A stretch of DNA of 63,211 nucleotides, filler included, from Octopus bimaculoides (GCF_001194135.2; 5 parts of 4 records of this genome joined end to end with filler, not necessarily neighbours in it), one strand, 5' to 3'; shown: positions 23,104-35,811, numbered from the whole stretch's first letter. The notes: a model not told the origin generated them from the letters alone. Numbers and translations are program-made.

Positions 23104-25387
23104 ATATTCTCTCACCTCTGCCACTATCTGGCATATACAGTGCTTACACTTATCAAGTATTCCTTCTAAATCTACAGTACTTATATATATATATATATAT
23201 ATATATNNNNNNNNNNCCGCAGTCAAATGACTGAAACAAGTAAAAGAGTATACATACATACATACAAAAATACCTTGTTTTTGATATTGAAATTCCATTG
23301 AAGGAGCCTTGCATCTAGGTTAGAAACCGACTCTTTCTGTATTGGCAAGACATTTTGAAATAAAACTAAATAATGACATACATACATACATACATACATG
23401 TATCAATGAATGAATGAAAAAACTGCCACTCCGTCGGTTTCGACGATGCGGGTTCCACTTGATCCTTATCAACAAAACAGCGTGCAAATGGCTGAGCACT
23501 CCACAGAATCTCTGGGAGATTCAGCGTGACACTGGATATGCCAAGGCTGGCCCCTTGAATTACGGGTTCCATTCCCAGAACACATTTCATTTCACGTTGC
23601 TCCAGTCCGTTTGGCTGTAAATCAGTAACCCTGAGACAGAATAGTCTTTCAAGCAGAAGGAATGTCGGCCTGATCGCCTAACCAGCGGAATGGTCATTCG
23701 AAGGCTAAAACAGTGCGAAGTGCATCGTTACCAGTGATGCATAACAACATCCTATAGCGTGGTCAATACCGTGATATATNNNNNNNNNNNNNNNNNNNNN
23801 NNNNNNNNNNNNNNNNNNNNNNNNNNNNNNNNNNNNNNNNNNNNNNNNNNNNNNNNNNNNNNNNNNNNNNNNNNNNNNNNNNNNNNNNNNNNNNNNNNNN
23901 NNNNNNNNNNNNNNNNNNNNNNNNNNNNNNNNNNNNNNNNNNNNNNNNNNNNNNNNNNNNNNNNNNNNNNNNNNNNNNNNNNNNNNNNNNNNNNNNNNNN
24001 NNNNNNNNNNNNNNNNNNNNNNNNNNNNNNNNNNNNNNNNNNNNNNNNNNNNNNNNNNNNNNNNNNNNNNNNNNNNNNNNNNNNNNNNNNNNNNNNNNNN
24101 NNNNNNNNNNNNNNNNNNNNNNNNNNNNNNNNNNNNNNNNNNNNNNNNNNNNNNNNNNNNNNNNNNNNNNNNNNNNNNNNNNNNNNNNNNNNNNNNNNNN
24201 NNNNNNNNNNNNNNNNNNNNNNNNNNNNNNNNNNNNNNNNNNNNNNNNNNNNNNNNNNNNNNNNNNNNNNNNNNNNNNNNNNNNNNNNNNNNNNNNNNNN
24301 NNNNNNNNNNNNNNNNNNNNNNNNNNNNNNNNNNNNNNNNNNNNNNNNNNNNNNNNNNNNNNNNNNNNNNNNNNNNNNNNNNNNNNNNNNNNNNNNNNNN
24401 NNNNNNNNNNNNNNNNNNNNNNNNNNTATATATATATATATATATATATCCTTGAGTGAGGTCCCAATGGTCTGATAGTCGAAAGGCTCTGTTTCTTTTG
24501 TTTTATTTTTGTTGTAATTGTAAAATTATTTTCCTTTTGTTGTATAGCCGAAAGACTTTTGTCCATTGTATATGTATAATTCTATTTCATATGTTACGTT
24601 TGTCTGATAGTCGAAAGACCCTTTCTGTTGTTTACTTATTTGTTTTCGGATATGTACGTTCGTTTGTCTTAAGTCCCTGGCCCAGCTGATTTCGAGTAGT
24701 ATCGGAGATAAGTGGGCGAAACTGCGTGGACATTCCCGACTCTGACTGAAGAGGCAATTGGTTGCGAATGATGTGTGTATCTTGTTTTCGTCCTGTTTGC
24801 CGTAGACATGTTTTCGTCCTTTTTTCCACATGTATTTTGACGATTTCCGTTTGTTGTGTTTTTTCTGATCTACCTTCGATTTGTGTGTGTGTGTGTATGT
24901 GAGTGTGTGTAATATACTGATCAGTGATAGAATATTCAACAAAAACAGTAGTCCATCTGGTGAGAGATAATATTATCATTTAAAGGTCACAGTACATGTA
25001 TTAAAGCGCCTTTGAAGAATGTTTACATTCTCTCAACATATGAAACTATTAGTAGCGCTTTGATACATGTATTGTGACATTTAAATAATAATAGGGGTGT
25101 GTGTATGCGTGTGTTTGTGTGTGTGTGTGTGTGTGTTCTTTTATTTTTTTACTTGTTTCAGTCATTTGACTGTGGCCATACTGGAGCACCGCCTTAAAGG
25201 GTTTCTTAGTCGAAGAAATTGTCCCCAGGACTGATTCTTTGAAAGTCCAATACTTATTCTATCGGTCTCTTTTTGCCGAACCGCTAAGTTGTGGGAACGT
25301 AAACACACCAACATCGGTTGTCAAGCGATAGTGAGGGGACAAACACAGACACAGACACAAAGGCACACGCGCGCGCGCGCCCACATA

Positions 25388-26653
25388 CAGGATGGATGGG
25401 TAAACTGTCACCTTTTTATATCTTTGGTTTCGCGCATGCGCAGTTTGTTTTCGATTTTCTCGACTACACAATATAGTAGGATCAGTTGGGCATCGTCTGT
25501 GAGAAAAACACCTATGACGCAATTCACTCTGCCAGAAATTTGAAAATGATATGCTGTACTGCTTGGCATTCGCGCTAGAACCTCTAATACGAACATTTCA
25601 GAGTGTTTGGGTGTCAATCTGAGGACAGTGCAGAGGATTCGGAAAGAATCGGATAAGTCTAATGGCAGCTCGGAAAACATACTCTGATCATTCTGATAAG
25701 AAAAGAACTCCTGAATTTGTTGGTGAGATCCTGGCCATGATTGACAACGATCCCTCCAAATCAATCAGGTCCAAGGCCAGTGACTTAGGTGTGTCTAAGT
25801 TTCTTATCAGGCAAGCAGTGCATGAAAACATTCGGTATTCCTCATACAGGATATTTGTCACAAGCCATCAAGGACAAGAGGAAAGACTGCGCTACGAAGC
25901 TTTTGAACAAACTCAAGAATCTCCTCCAACCGAACATGCTTCGATTTTTCTCAGACGAGAAAAAGTTTTGCCAGGATCAGATGGTGAACACACAGAACAA
26001 CCGTTGGCTTGCCGTGTCACCAAAACATCTACCTATAGTGATAAAAATCAAACATCCAGTCAACATCATAGTGATTGTAGTGATCACTAGTGATGGCGAC
26101 GTTATGCCTCCATTCATCTTCCCACACGGCCTCAGACTCAACACGGAGGCCTACACCAAGTGCCTGGAGGAAATAGTGCTGCTCTGGGTCAAGAGAGTGA
26201 CTGCTGGAAGACCCTATCTGTCAACAAGACTCTGCACCCTGCCACACAAGCAGAAGAACCCAGTTATGGCTGTCAGACAATTTCTGCGACCACATTACCC
26301 CTAACATCTGACCACCTAACTCCCCACACTGCAACCCCCTTGATTATTATGTGTAGGGAGCAGTTGAACGAGAGACCAACAAAACTCATTGTAACACAAA
26401 AGATGAACTGAAGGCAAGGATTATGGCAGCATTCACCAACTTAAACAAGGAGACCGTCCAGAAAAGTTGCAGGAGATTCCGAAGTCATCTGGAGGCCATG
26501 GTTGAAGCCAATGGCGATTTTATTAAACAAATTTACTCTTTAGTATTTCAAGATATTTTTATGTAATTTTGGTTAATATATCTGTTAAAATGAGATGTCA
26601 GTGTTATTTTTCTTTTTGCGTAATTTAGATGACAGTTTATTCACCGCACCCTG
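25388..26653 (+). mobile_element. Full-length, frameshifted DD37D (maT-like) transposon inserted in a SINE
   Basis: TA flanks at 25386-87 and 26654-55; imperfect TIRs CAGG.TG...TAAACTGTCA; transposase motifs FFSDEKKF, QQDSAPCH (after frameshift), PPNSPHCNPLDYY; 37 residues between the second and third acidic residues. Confidence 0.9.
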
Positions 26654-26838
26654 TATATACGACGGTCTTCTTTTAGTTTCCGTCTACCAAATCCACTCAC
26701 AAGGTTTTGGTCAGCCAGAGGCTATAGATGTAGACACTGAACTCAAGTCAGACATAGAATAATTTTATATAATAATGAGGAGCAAATGTGTACGTTTTTA
26801 AATATAAATCCTCGCTTATTTTATTACTTTTCTTTCAG

Positions 26839-27004
26839 GTCAGCCACTGGAGGAAGATACAGCAGAGTTGTGAAATTACCAGTCTCAAGCAAAAGTTTAG
26901 GCGTTTCAGCAGTAATCGTAAAGAACGGATATACTCAACTGTTTTCATTGGTATCCAGTATTCTGTCTTTAATCATCTGTGCTGTTCTTCTGGAGCGGAC
27001 ATAG
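26839..27004 (+). CDS. GH20 chitobiase-type hexosaminidase, terminal exon with hydrophobic tail
   Basis: tctttcag|G; phase 2 gives ...LRTR|SATGGRYSRVVKL (chitobiase VRSVSPDGKRYSR) then PVSSKSLGVSAVIVKNGYTQLFSLVSSILSLIICAVLLERT*. Confidence 0.8.
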
Positions 27005-27363
27005 ACTTGCAATCAGTGCAGAAGAAAATATTTTTATGTTTTTGGTTTGTTGTAAATTTTGCTATTGATTGTATTCTATTTTATTTTATTATATCTTTGT
27101 TTCAATCTTCTAACTATACATATTTCCATTGAGTACTAATCACGCATCAAATAATACTCCGAAATTTCAGCCCATAACAGCTTACGAAAGGAAAGCAATT
27201 CGAAATTTGTTTCAATTTCTTTCTGCTTTCTGTTTTTCAAGATTTCAATCTATTTTGCTAGTTTTCTCTCTCAATATTGCGGTTTAAAATTCAAAATGAT
27301 AAAACTGAACTGTTTTTGGAGTTCTGTTGTGTGATAAATGACCTGATAGCTATATGTGTGTTT

Positions 27364-27415
<52 letters not shown>

Positions 27416-27702
27416 NNNNNNNNNNNNNNNNNNNNNNNNNNNNNNNNNNNNNNNNNNNNNNNNNNNNNNNNNNNNNNNNNNNNNNNNNNNNNNNNNNNNN
27501 NNNNNNNNNNNNNNNNNNNNNNNNNNNNNNNNNNNNNNNNNNNNNNNNNNNNNNNNNNNNNNNNNNNNNNNNNNNNNNNNNNNNNNNNNNNNNNNNNNNN
27601 NNNNNNNNNNNNNNNNNNNNNNNNNNNNNNNNNNNNNNNNNNNNNNNNNNNNNNNNNNNNNNNNNNNNNNNNNNNNNNNNNNNNNNNNNNNNNNNNNNNN
27701 NN

Positions 27703-27740
<38 letters not shown>

Positions 27741-28370
27741 CCCGTAAATATTTCCCTAGACAACTGCTAGTTCACTCATTGCCTATCGTCTTCAAGCTCC
27801 ATGCTGCAAGATGGTATGATTTTAATATATTGACCCTTCTGGCTTCTTCTCGAGGCCCTGTTCTTTCCTCTTCCCTCTTCCCTTCGTAAATTGTATTTTA
27901 TTTTACGCATTTGTATTTAGTCTGATAAATCTCAATGTACTAGATCGAATGTGCTGTCAAGATGACGAATATTATTTTCGAAATTTCTTTCGTAAGCACT
28001 GACTAACATTGGAAGCGGAAACAGCCGTAAGAAATGTGTATGTCATGTTTTTGTATTAAAAAATTATCAACTCATGTGGTTCAATTTGTTTTTTGATCAA
28101 AAGTTTTCTCCATTTTTCGATTATATATATATATATATATAGTACGTGTGCTTGAAAAGGTTAATCGAAAGCGCTCACATACTTAGAAATAAAAACTTTT
28201 TCTTTTATTGAAAGAAACAATATCAGTTGAGGGTGTGAAAAATAGCATCGATATACGTAAGTCTTCGCCTGGTCTTATAAATTCCATTCACATCGAGGAT
28301 GATTTATTGAAATAATAATACGTTTCTGTGCTTGTTTGGCAAAATCTCACAACGTTGGCCCTTACATTTG

Positions 28371-28630
28371 GCTAGCACTAAGAATAAACTACATAAAATA
28401 CAGAATAGACAACACATCAGAAAGTAATAAGTGCAGAATCTGTGGACAAAACGGTGAAACCGTATGGTACATTACCAGTCAATATACACCACTAGCCCAG
28501 AAGGAATATAAGAGACGCCACGACAATATAGTCAAGCTTCTCCATTGCACACTTTGCAACAAGTATGGACTTGACAGAGCAAAAAATTGGTACGACCACA
28601 AACCTGAACGCATCGTCGAAAATGGAAATG
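28371..28630 (+). mobile_element. Isolated fragment of the R4/Dong-like LINE (zinc-knuckle region)
   Basis: Near-identical to 30180-30440: LALRINYIKYRIDNTSESNKCRICGQNGETVWYITSQY...KRRHDNI. Confidence 0.85.
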
Positions 28631-28899
28631 CATTTACTGAAAATAAAACTCCGCAGCTTCAAATTCCTCCTGAATGTTTGGCATAACAGATTGTCACAGC
28701 AAGTTCGAGTGAATAGAAGCAGTCACATTACCGTAACAAAAGAATGGTCAAATTAACCCGTTTGATGATAATCCTCACCATATTGTAACACCAGGTAAAT
28801 TAACATGGTGATCTTCTGTAATATGTGGCTTCTCAGATCGCCAGTAGATGCAATTGTGGCAGTGAATTGAGTCCTTTAATTTTAATGTGGTCTCGCCAT

Positions 28900-30888
28900 T
28901 CCAAGTAAACTTTTTGGAAAGTATGTATTTTCTACACGTCTTGCAAATCTCCACTCTTCGGTCCGAATCATCTTCGTCTCAGGGCATAGACTATTCTTGG
29001 AATTATTTTGTTATGGTTATTTCTACAGAAATCATAACCAACACTGATTCTTTTGTTATAACGTTTCATATCGAGGCATCAGATGTAAACAACCAATAAG
29101 ATCGGAGACAAAAATGGATAATGAGTGACTCAGCAATTCGAAAGTGGAGATGCATCGTGACGCAGGGTTAGACATGCTCTCGAAGGAAATCTCTGTGTTA
29201 GACCGAAAAGAGAAAGGGGAGCTTAAAAGCGAACACAAATACAGGGCGCTGAAAAGGAAGTATGATGTTGAAAGAAAGGGTATGAAAGTAGTAGTGGAGG
29301 AACTGAAACAGCGCCTAGTTGTAAAGAAAGCAAAGATGGTAAGATACGACAAAAGAATGAAGGGTTACCACAAGAATAGATTATTCAGAGTAGATCTGAA
29401 GAGATTCTATAAAGAAATAAATGGAGAGTGTACAGATGAAAAGTTGAAACCAGATAACATCGAAGGTCAAAGGTTTTGGAGTGACATCTGGAGCAAAGAC
29501 AAGGAGCACAAGAAAGATGCTGCCGTCGAGGGAGGTTATGAAGCAGATAGAAGAGACGAACTATAAGTACTTGGGGATTTTGGAGATGGATAAATTGATG
29601 GAGAAAGAAATGACAGAAAAATTTAAGGTGGAGTACTTGTGCAGACTGAGACTGATTCTTAAGTCGAAATTAAATGGACGGAATAAGATCGAAGTTATCA
29701 ACACCTGGGCGGTTTCACTCCTTAGATCTGGAGCAGGGGTATTCGCATGGACAGCAGACGAACTAAACAGCTTAGACAGAAAGACAAAGAAGTTGCTAAC
29801 TAGATATGGGACACTCCACTCAAAAAGTGACAGACAGACTGTATGTACCAAGAAAGAGTGGGAAGAGGACTTATTGGATGCGAACACAGCATTAGAGCAG
29901 AAGAAAACAGCATAGCATGGTATATAAAAAATTCCACAGAACCACTATTATTAGAAGTAAGAAGGTCAAGCTTGTGTAGGATGAAAGACTGCAAAGATAA
30001 AGTACTGTACAAGAAATTGAAAACGAATGAAACTGAAAATAGGTGAGTAAAGTAAAGAATGCATGGTCAATTTCATAGGGATGTTGAAAATAAGACAAAC
30101 AGAGAAAAAAGGTGGCTATGGATGACTAAAAGTGATTTAAAACCGGAAACGGGGGCTCTAATCTGTGCTTCCCAAGAGCTAGCACTAAGAATAAACTACA
30201 TAAAATACAGAATAGACAACACAGCAGAAAGTGATAAGTGCAGAACCTGTGGACAAAACGGTGAAACCGTATGGCATATTACCAGCCAATGTACACCACT
30301 AGCCCAGAAGGAATATAAGAGACGCCACGACAATATAGCCAGGCTTGTCCATTAGACACTTTGCAACAAGTATGGACTTGACAGAGCAAAAAATTGGTAC
30401 GACCACAAACCTGAAGGCATCGTCGAAAATGGAAATGCAAAGATTCTATGCGATTTTATGATTCAGTGCGACCATGAGATAGAGAATAGGAAGCTAGACG
30501 TAGTCTTAATTGAGAAAGAAAACAAACTATGCTGGTTCATAGATACAGCATGCCCAGCTGACAACAAAGTATGCGATAAGGAAGAAAAAAAAGTCGAGAG
30601 ATATGACAGGTTAGCAGTTGTGGTCGACGGAAAAGGTAGCAGTAGTACCAATAATTGTTGGAACCCTTAGAAGAGTCAGTAAAAATCTTGAGAAATACAT
30701 GGAACAAATTGGGGCTACAATAACTGTGGCGCACTTACAGAAAACAGCACTGCTTGGAACTGCTCGAATACTCCGAATGGTACTCGAAAAATAAGAAGTG
30801 TTACCTTGGTTCACTGGTAGCGAACAGCTGACACTGTAATACATCTCTAGCGTTAGAAGCTGTGCAAAAGCAATAATAATAATAATAA
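28900..30888 (+). mobile_element. R4/Dong-like RLE non-LTR retrotransposon, RT core deleted, degenerate
   Basis: NRLFRVDLKRFYKEI, YKYLGILE, SKLNGRNKIEVINTWAVS, GGRGL-type motif, MHGQF, CRTCGQNGETVWHITSQC..RRHD, K.DVVLIEK...FIDTACP (PD-(D/E)xK); (AAT)n tail at 30872-30888. Confidence 0.85.
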
Positions 30889-32090
30889 CCCCAATAATGA
30901 AGTAAATGTAATTATGATCATATTGACTGTGTATCTAACGTAAATGATTTTATTGATTTAAAATATTACAAATTCATTTCTTTTTTCACCGTTCTTTGTA
31001 TATTTGTTTATTAAAATAAAGTTACTGAGAGTCTAACGCCACGTTGATGTTATTTCTGATCGAGTTACTAATTAATGCACACATGCCATGTAATTAACAT
31101 GTGTACATGAGTGTGAAGGTGCGTGGCTGAGTGGTTAAAGTGTTGCACTCTTGATTGCAAGATTGTTGTTTCAATTTCTGGAACACCACCTTTAGTCGAA
31201 CAAATCAACCCCTGGACTTATTCTTCATTATTTTCAAATAAATTACATCGTCTATCGTGGCCATTTTTTTAGACAGTAAGGCGTAGTGTGAAGGAAATTT
31301 GGTTGCTATTTCTTGCAGGTTGAGTAACCATATAAATCGACTACCTTCATACGACCTCTTCAGCTGCTAAAAACGGCAGCCAAATTTCTCTAATCACTCT
31401 TTACCATCTTGAATTAGAAAGAAAGACCGTGTATATATTGATTTCAAATTTTGGTACAAGGCCAGCAATTTGAGGGGAGAGGTGTGAGTCGAAATCATCA
31501 ATCCCAAAAGTTTTTGGCATTTCGCTGGGCGTGCACACGGTTCTGCCAGTACGCCGCCCTAAACCGTGTATAATTATGAGCAATATAGAAAAACAAAAAC
31601 AAAAAAAAAAACGATGATGAAAATGTGAACTTTTTGTTTTCAAAAAAAAAGGGAAAATTGTCCAAAATCATGTGTAAATGTAACCACTCGACTTCGGGGG
31701 TCGAGTGGGCATTGCGCCTCATTTTATCATTATTCATAATTTCATTCGTTTCTTTTATTTTTTCTTCTTTGCTCGATTGCTTTTTTGTATTTTTATTTCC
31801 CCGATTTTATGCTTTGTATTGTCTTTTGTGCTGTATAAACCTCTATATTTAACCCCTTGTGGGTAATAAGAAAAAAACGAGGATGTTGGTGTTGCCCCTT
31901 TCTGGTAAATACTCTCATTTTCCAATGCAGATTCCTCTGACCAAGACTTTTGTCAATTTTTTTCTTCTTTTTTCTAATTCACTATTAACTAAGAATCATG
32001 AACTGTATTTATCGATAATTAGGGAAATATCTTCTCTCAGCTACAATACATAGGCGCAGGCGTGGCTCTGTGGTAAGAAGCTTGCTTCCC

Positions 32091-32928
32091 GCGCATGCGT
32101 CGGTCTATTCGTTGCGTTGATTTTTTACGAGACGGACGGAATCTTTTGAGCTGCTTGGCAGCGGTTTGTCGGTGAATGTTGTACCGGTGGAAAGGAATGT
32201 ATTCGGACCTTAGCGAGTATGAGCTGTCCTCAGCGGAGGAGGAGCTCGTTAAGGCGGTAAATAGAATGGACGAGCATTTGGAAAGAGTAGAGAGTTTTGC
32301 TGAGGCTGCAGAGGTGAAGAAAAGGGAGATAGACCTAGCCGGGCTGAAGGAGCTAAGTAAGATGACACAGAAGGTGGGCGGTGACGTAAAGTTATTATCC
32401 TCGAAAAGGGTCATGGAAAATGTGGAAAAGAAGACCATTACCTACAAGGTGTACTTAGTGGAGAGTAGGAAGGTGGAGCGGATGGTGATGGAAAAAGTAG
32501 AAAAAGAATTGAAGGGGCTTTCGAAAGAAGTGACATACATAGCGAAAGGAAATGGATATGGGACAATAGTTGTCCAGTTTAGGACAGTGGAGGAAGCAAA
32601 GAGGCTGGCGAGTACAACGGTGAGAACGGAGGAAGTAGTACTTCTACCTACGTACCTTGGAAGAAAGACTTCCAAGGTGAGGGTAGAAGGAATCCCACCC
32701 GATATAGAAGTGGCCTGGGTTGCACCAGCCGTCCTCGTTGGTAATGAGGAGGAGGTGGCTGTCCTCCAAGCCACAGAGACAAAGGAAGGAGGATATAGAG
32801 GGAAAACATTAGAAATCATCATACAAGCGGAGGCGAAGCAGCTGGAAAATTTGGCGGAGACGGTGACGTTGGGAGAAATAGTATTGAGAGTATGGGTAGA
32901 GGGCAGAGTTCCGCGATGCTTTGAATGT
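32091..32928 (+). mobile_element. Tx1/L1-like retrotransposon 5' end with open ORF1
   Basis: ORF 32176 to the linker: coiled-coil-like N-terminus, VVQFRTVEEAKRL..LPTYLGRKTSKVRVEGIPP..VWVEGRVPRCFEC (start of knuckle); homologous to 1-556. Confidence 0.75.
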
Positions 32929-33028
32929 NNNNNNNNNNNNNNNNNNNNNNNNNNNNNNNNNNNNNNNNNNNNTTAATTAATTAANNNNNNNNNNNNNNNN
33001 NNNNNNNNNNNNNNNNNNNNNNNNNNNN
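32929..33028. other. Artificial scaffold linker
   Basis: 44 N + TTAATTAATTAA + 44 N. Confidence 0.95.
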
Positions 33029-33479
33029 AACAGTGTCCATATCTCTCTGATGTTGTTGCATTTGCTTGTCCATTTGTTCCCTAAACAATTTAATAAGTTC
33101 TACTGTCTGTTTTTCAGCCATCGTTATTACGATGAATAATTTTACGGTAAAGTAAGCATGTATCCTACCGGCGATGCCAATAAACTCTGTTTTATTTCCC
33201 TTGGGAGACTCGCAGAGATAACACAACGAGTTGTACAATTTAATTATTACATTTATTATTCAATTACATACAAAGAACGCACTCACCCAAAGTTCGTTAT
33301 GAATAAACAAGAATCATGTCCGCCATATATCTATCAATGACATTTTACTACGACAGTCACACAGAACAACAACAATGAAACAATGAACTCAGACGAACCA
33401 CATTGACACACGGAACGTCAGACGAATAACATATCCAACAGTCCATATAACAGTAACCATTGAGCTATGTGCCTTCACA
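33029..33479 (-). mobile_element. Gypsy-like LTR retrotransposon 5' end (LTR, PBS-like site, gag start)
   Basis: Minus strand begins TGTGAAGG at 33479; PBS-like TGGCATCGCCGGTAGGAT (14/18 to a tRNA-Ser PBS as recalled); gag-like MAEKQTVELIKLFREQMDKQMQQHQRDM. The LTR 3' end does not show a clean CA. Confidence 0.5.
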
Positions 33480-35206
33480 TGATAGAATAAGTACTGGGCT
33501 TAAAAATAAAAGTCCTGGGGTTGATTTCTTAGACTAAAACACTTCGGGGTGGTGCCCCCAGCATGGCCACTGTCAAATGACTGAAACAAGTAAAAGACGT
33601 GTCTATGTAGGTGCTAGTACTGTGTAAAAAGTACCCTGTACTGTCTGTAAAGTGGTTGGTGTTAGGAAGGGCATCCAACTGTAGAAACCAAGCCCAAACA
33701 GACTGTGGAACCTGGTGTGGTTCCTAGCCTTGCTAGTTCCTGTCAAGCCGTCCAACCAAATCCAGTATCAAAAACAGATAAGTGTTGATAATGATGATGT
33801 TTTTTGTTTGGCAGAAAATATGTATATATGCCAGAATTGTTGATGTTGATGTTAACATTTTCATTCAAGGAATTTAAACTAGCATTTTTTAATGTTAAAA
33901 CATTATTAACCCTGCATGCGTAAGGGAAGCAGGGTTAGTGTTGTCACTTGTCTGTGTGTTTACAAAATTACTGGAAAACAGCCAAACAGATTTTGACCAA
34001 ATTTGGCAGAAATACTCGTTGGCTGAGTGGCTTGAACTCATTAAATTTTGGTTTGATTATCTTTGAAACTAGCAGATGGGTGAATTAAAATGTTTTTCTT
34101 TTCTTTATTACATATGCATAGACTATAAGTAGGGGAAATAACCCTTAATGTCATTTTATTGAAATATGAATTTGTCTGAGAATATATTTATTGAATTAAA
34201 TTTTATTCTATCCTTGTGTGTACAAGGATATGCATTGCCGCTCCGATGCCTTATTTTTTTCATTGTGTTCTTTTTTCACTCATATTCAATGCTATTATCT
34301 TGCCATGTAATTCAACAACTATTTTCTTGTTTTCTGTTTGTGAACTAAGTTATTCTGTTCATTATTAATTTCCTTTGTAACTACATAATTCAGAATTTTC
34401 ATTGACATTTTCTTGAATGTAGAGAAAGCGAAAAAGAAATAATGTTTACCTAAATACATAACAAACATATTTCCCTTTCTATAAACTTTGTATGAATAAA
34501 CTCTAAACTTTCAAAAGCTATCAGCAAGTCAGCAAGTCAACAGAACATGCAGTAAAAATCCTCAGCTTCTAGGAGTGAATAGAAAAAAAAAATGTGACTA
34601 GGTCAGCAGTAAATAATAGTCTTTTATCTTACTATCACATCCCTTTTATATATATATATCTTAGATTGGGCCCTCAACTTCTGATGGAATCATAGGCATT
34701 TTGTTTGATGCATATTTGAACTGGGGAACAAGCTACTCTCTGCATTTTGTCATGGAGAATATATATAGCTTGTTGACAAATGGTGTGTATAGACCTAGAT
34801 CAGCTCACAGCACCATTTGCCTAGACTGAGAGATGCTAATGTTTCCAGTCATCGTATGATGACTGAGTCTCTCTTGATGATTTGCCTGGCCATTCTTTGA
34901 TATTTTCCATTTGTCTTTTCCTCTGCTTCTCATTTTCCCCCCCTTGCACAATTCCTTAAAAAACAGTCCTTACAAGACTGCTGGATCTTGTTACATGGCC
35001 ATACTGTCTCAGTTTTGTTTTCTTCATCCCCCCACCCATGGAATTCCATGTCATTCATCTCTCCTCTTCCCATCGCCCTCGTGTCTGACCCCTCCTACCA
35101 CCAACACTAATCACTGTGCCTGATTCTTCCTCTCGAACATCATCCTCCCTCCCACTCTTGTCTTTCCATCAGGTGTTAACTTACAAAGTCTCAAGACTAG
35201 CATTAA

Positions 35207-35428
35207 CCCTTTTGTTACCGTATTTCTGTTGAGATGCTCTGTGTTTCTTTCAATTAATTTTAAATATACCAAAGAATTTAGTAAAATAACTTAGTAATCA
35301 TTAAGCTAGTGTTAGGAACATAAATTGTGACTAAGGTTTGGTGGAAGATTTTAATTCAATACTTATTCAAACAAGACATTTGTACTACAGAACCAGGGAC
35401 AGTTTCAACCAGGTTGGTATCGAAAGGG
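35207..35428 (+). mobile_element. piggyBac-type MITE, copy 1
   Basis: TTAA|CCCTTTTGTTACC...GGTATCGAAAGGG|TTAA. Confidence 0.8.
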
Positions 35429-35459
35429 TTAAGAATTGTTTCTCTTTTATATATTTTAA

Positions 35460-35674
35460 CACTTTTGTTACCATATTTCTCTTGAGATGTTCTCTGTTTC
35501 TTTCAATTATCTTTAAATATAACAAAGAATTTAGTAAAATAACTTAGTTATCATTAAGCTAGTGTTAGGAACATAAATTGTGACTGATGGAAGATTTTAA
35601 TTCAGAACTTACAAAAACGAGACTTTTGTACTGCAGAGCTAGAGGTGGTTTCAAGCAAGTTGGTATCAAAAGGG
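35460..35674 (+). mobile_element. piggyBac-type MITE, copy 2
   Basis: TTAA|CACTTTTGTTACC...GGTATCAAAAGGG|TTAA; diverged from copy 1. Confidence 0.8.
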
Positions 35675-35811
35675 TTAAGAACATAAATAACACCATTCTG
35701 TGAAGGCTGAGGGTACTATGCCTTCCTCTAGACCCACCAAATAAGCCCTTCAACAACACCCTAGATCACCGTTTCATAATCAGCTTTTCTAACCTGTTCC
35801 CTATTTCACAG

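Noticed and set aside
22569-23779. ~220-bp near-identical duplication (22569-22788 and 23558-23779)
   Set aside because: Both copies abut gaps and differ by one base; most likely a gap-edge or haplotype assembly artefact.
34665-34830. Short open frame upstream of the first PTGS-like exon as an earlier exon
   Set aside because: No similarity to the expected VDLNHIYG...GKMKYQ or FAQHFTHQ segments.
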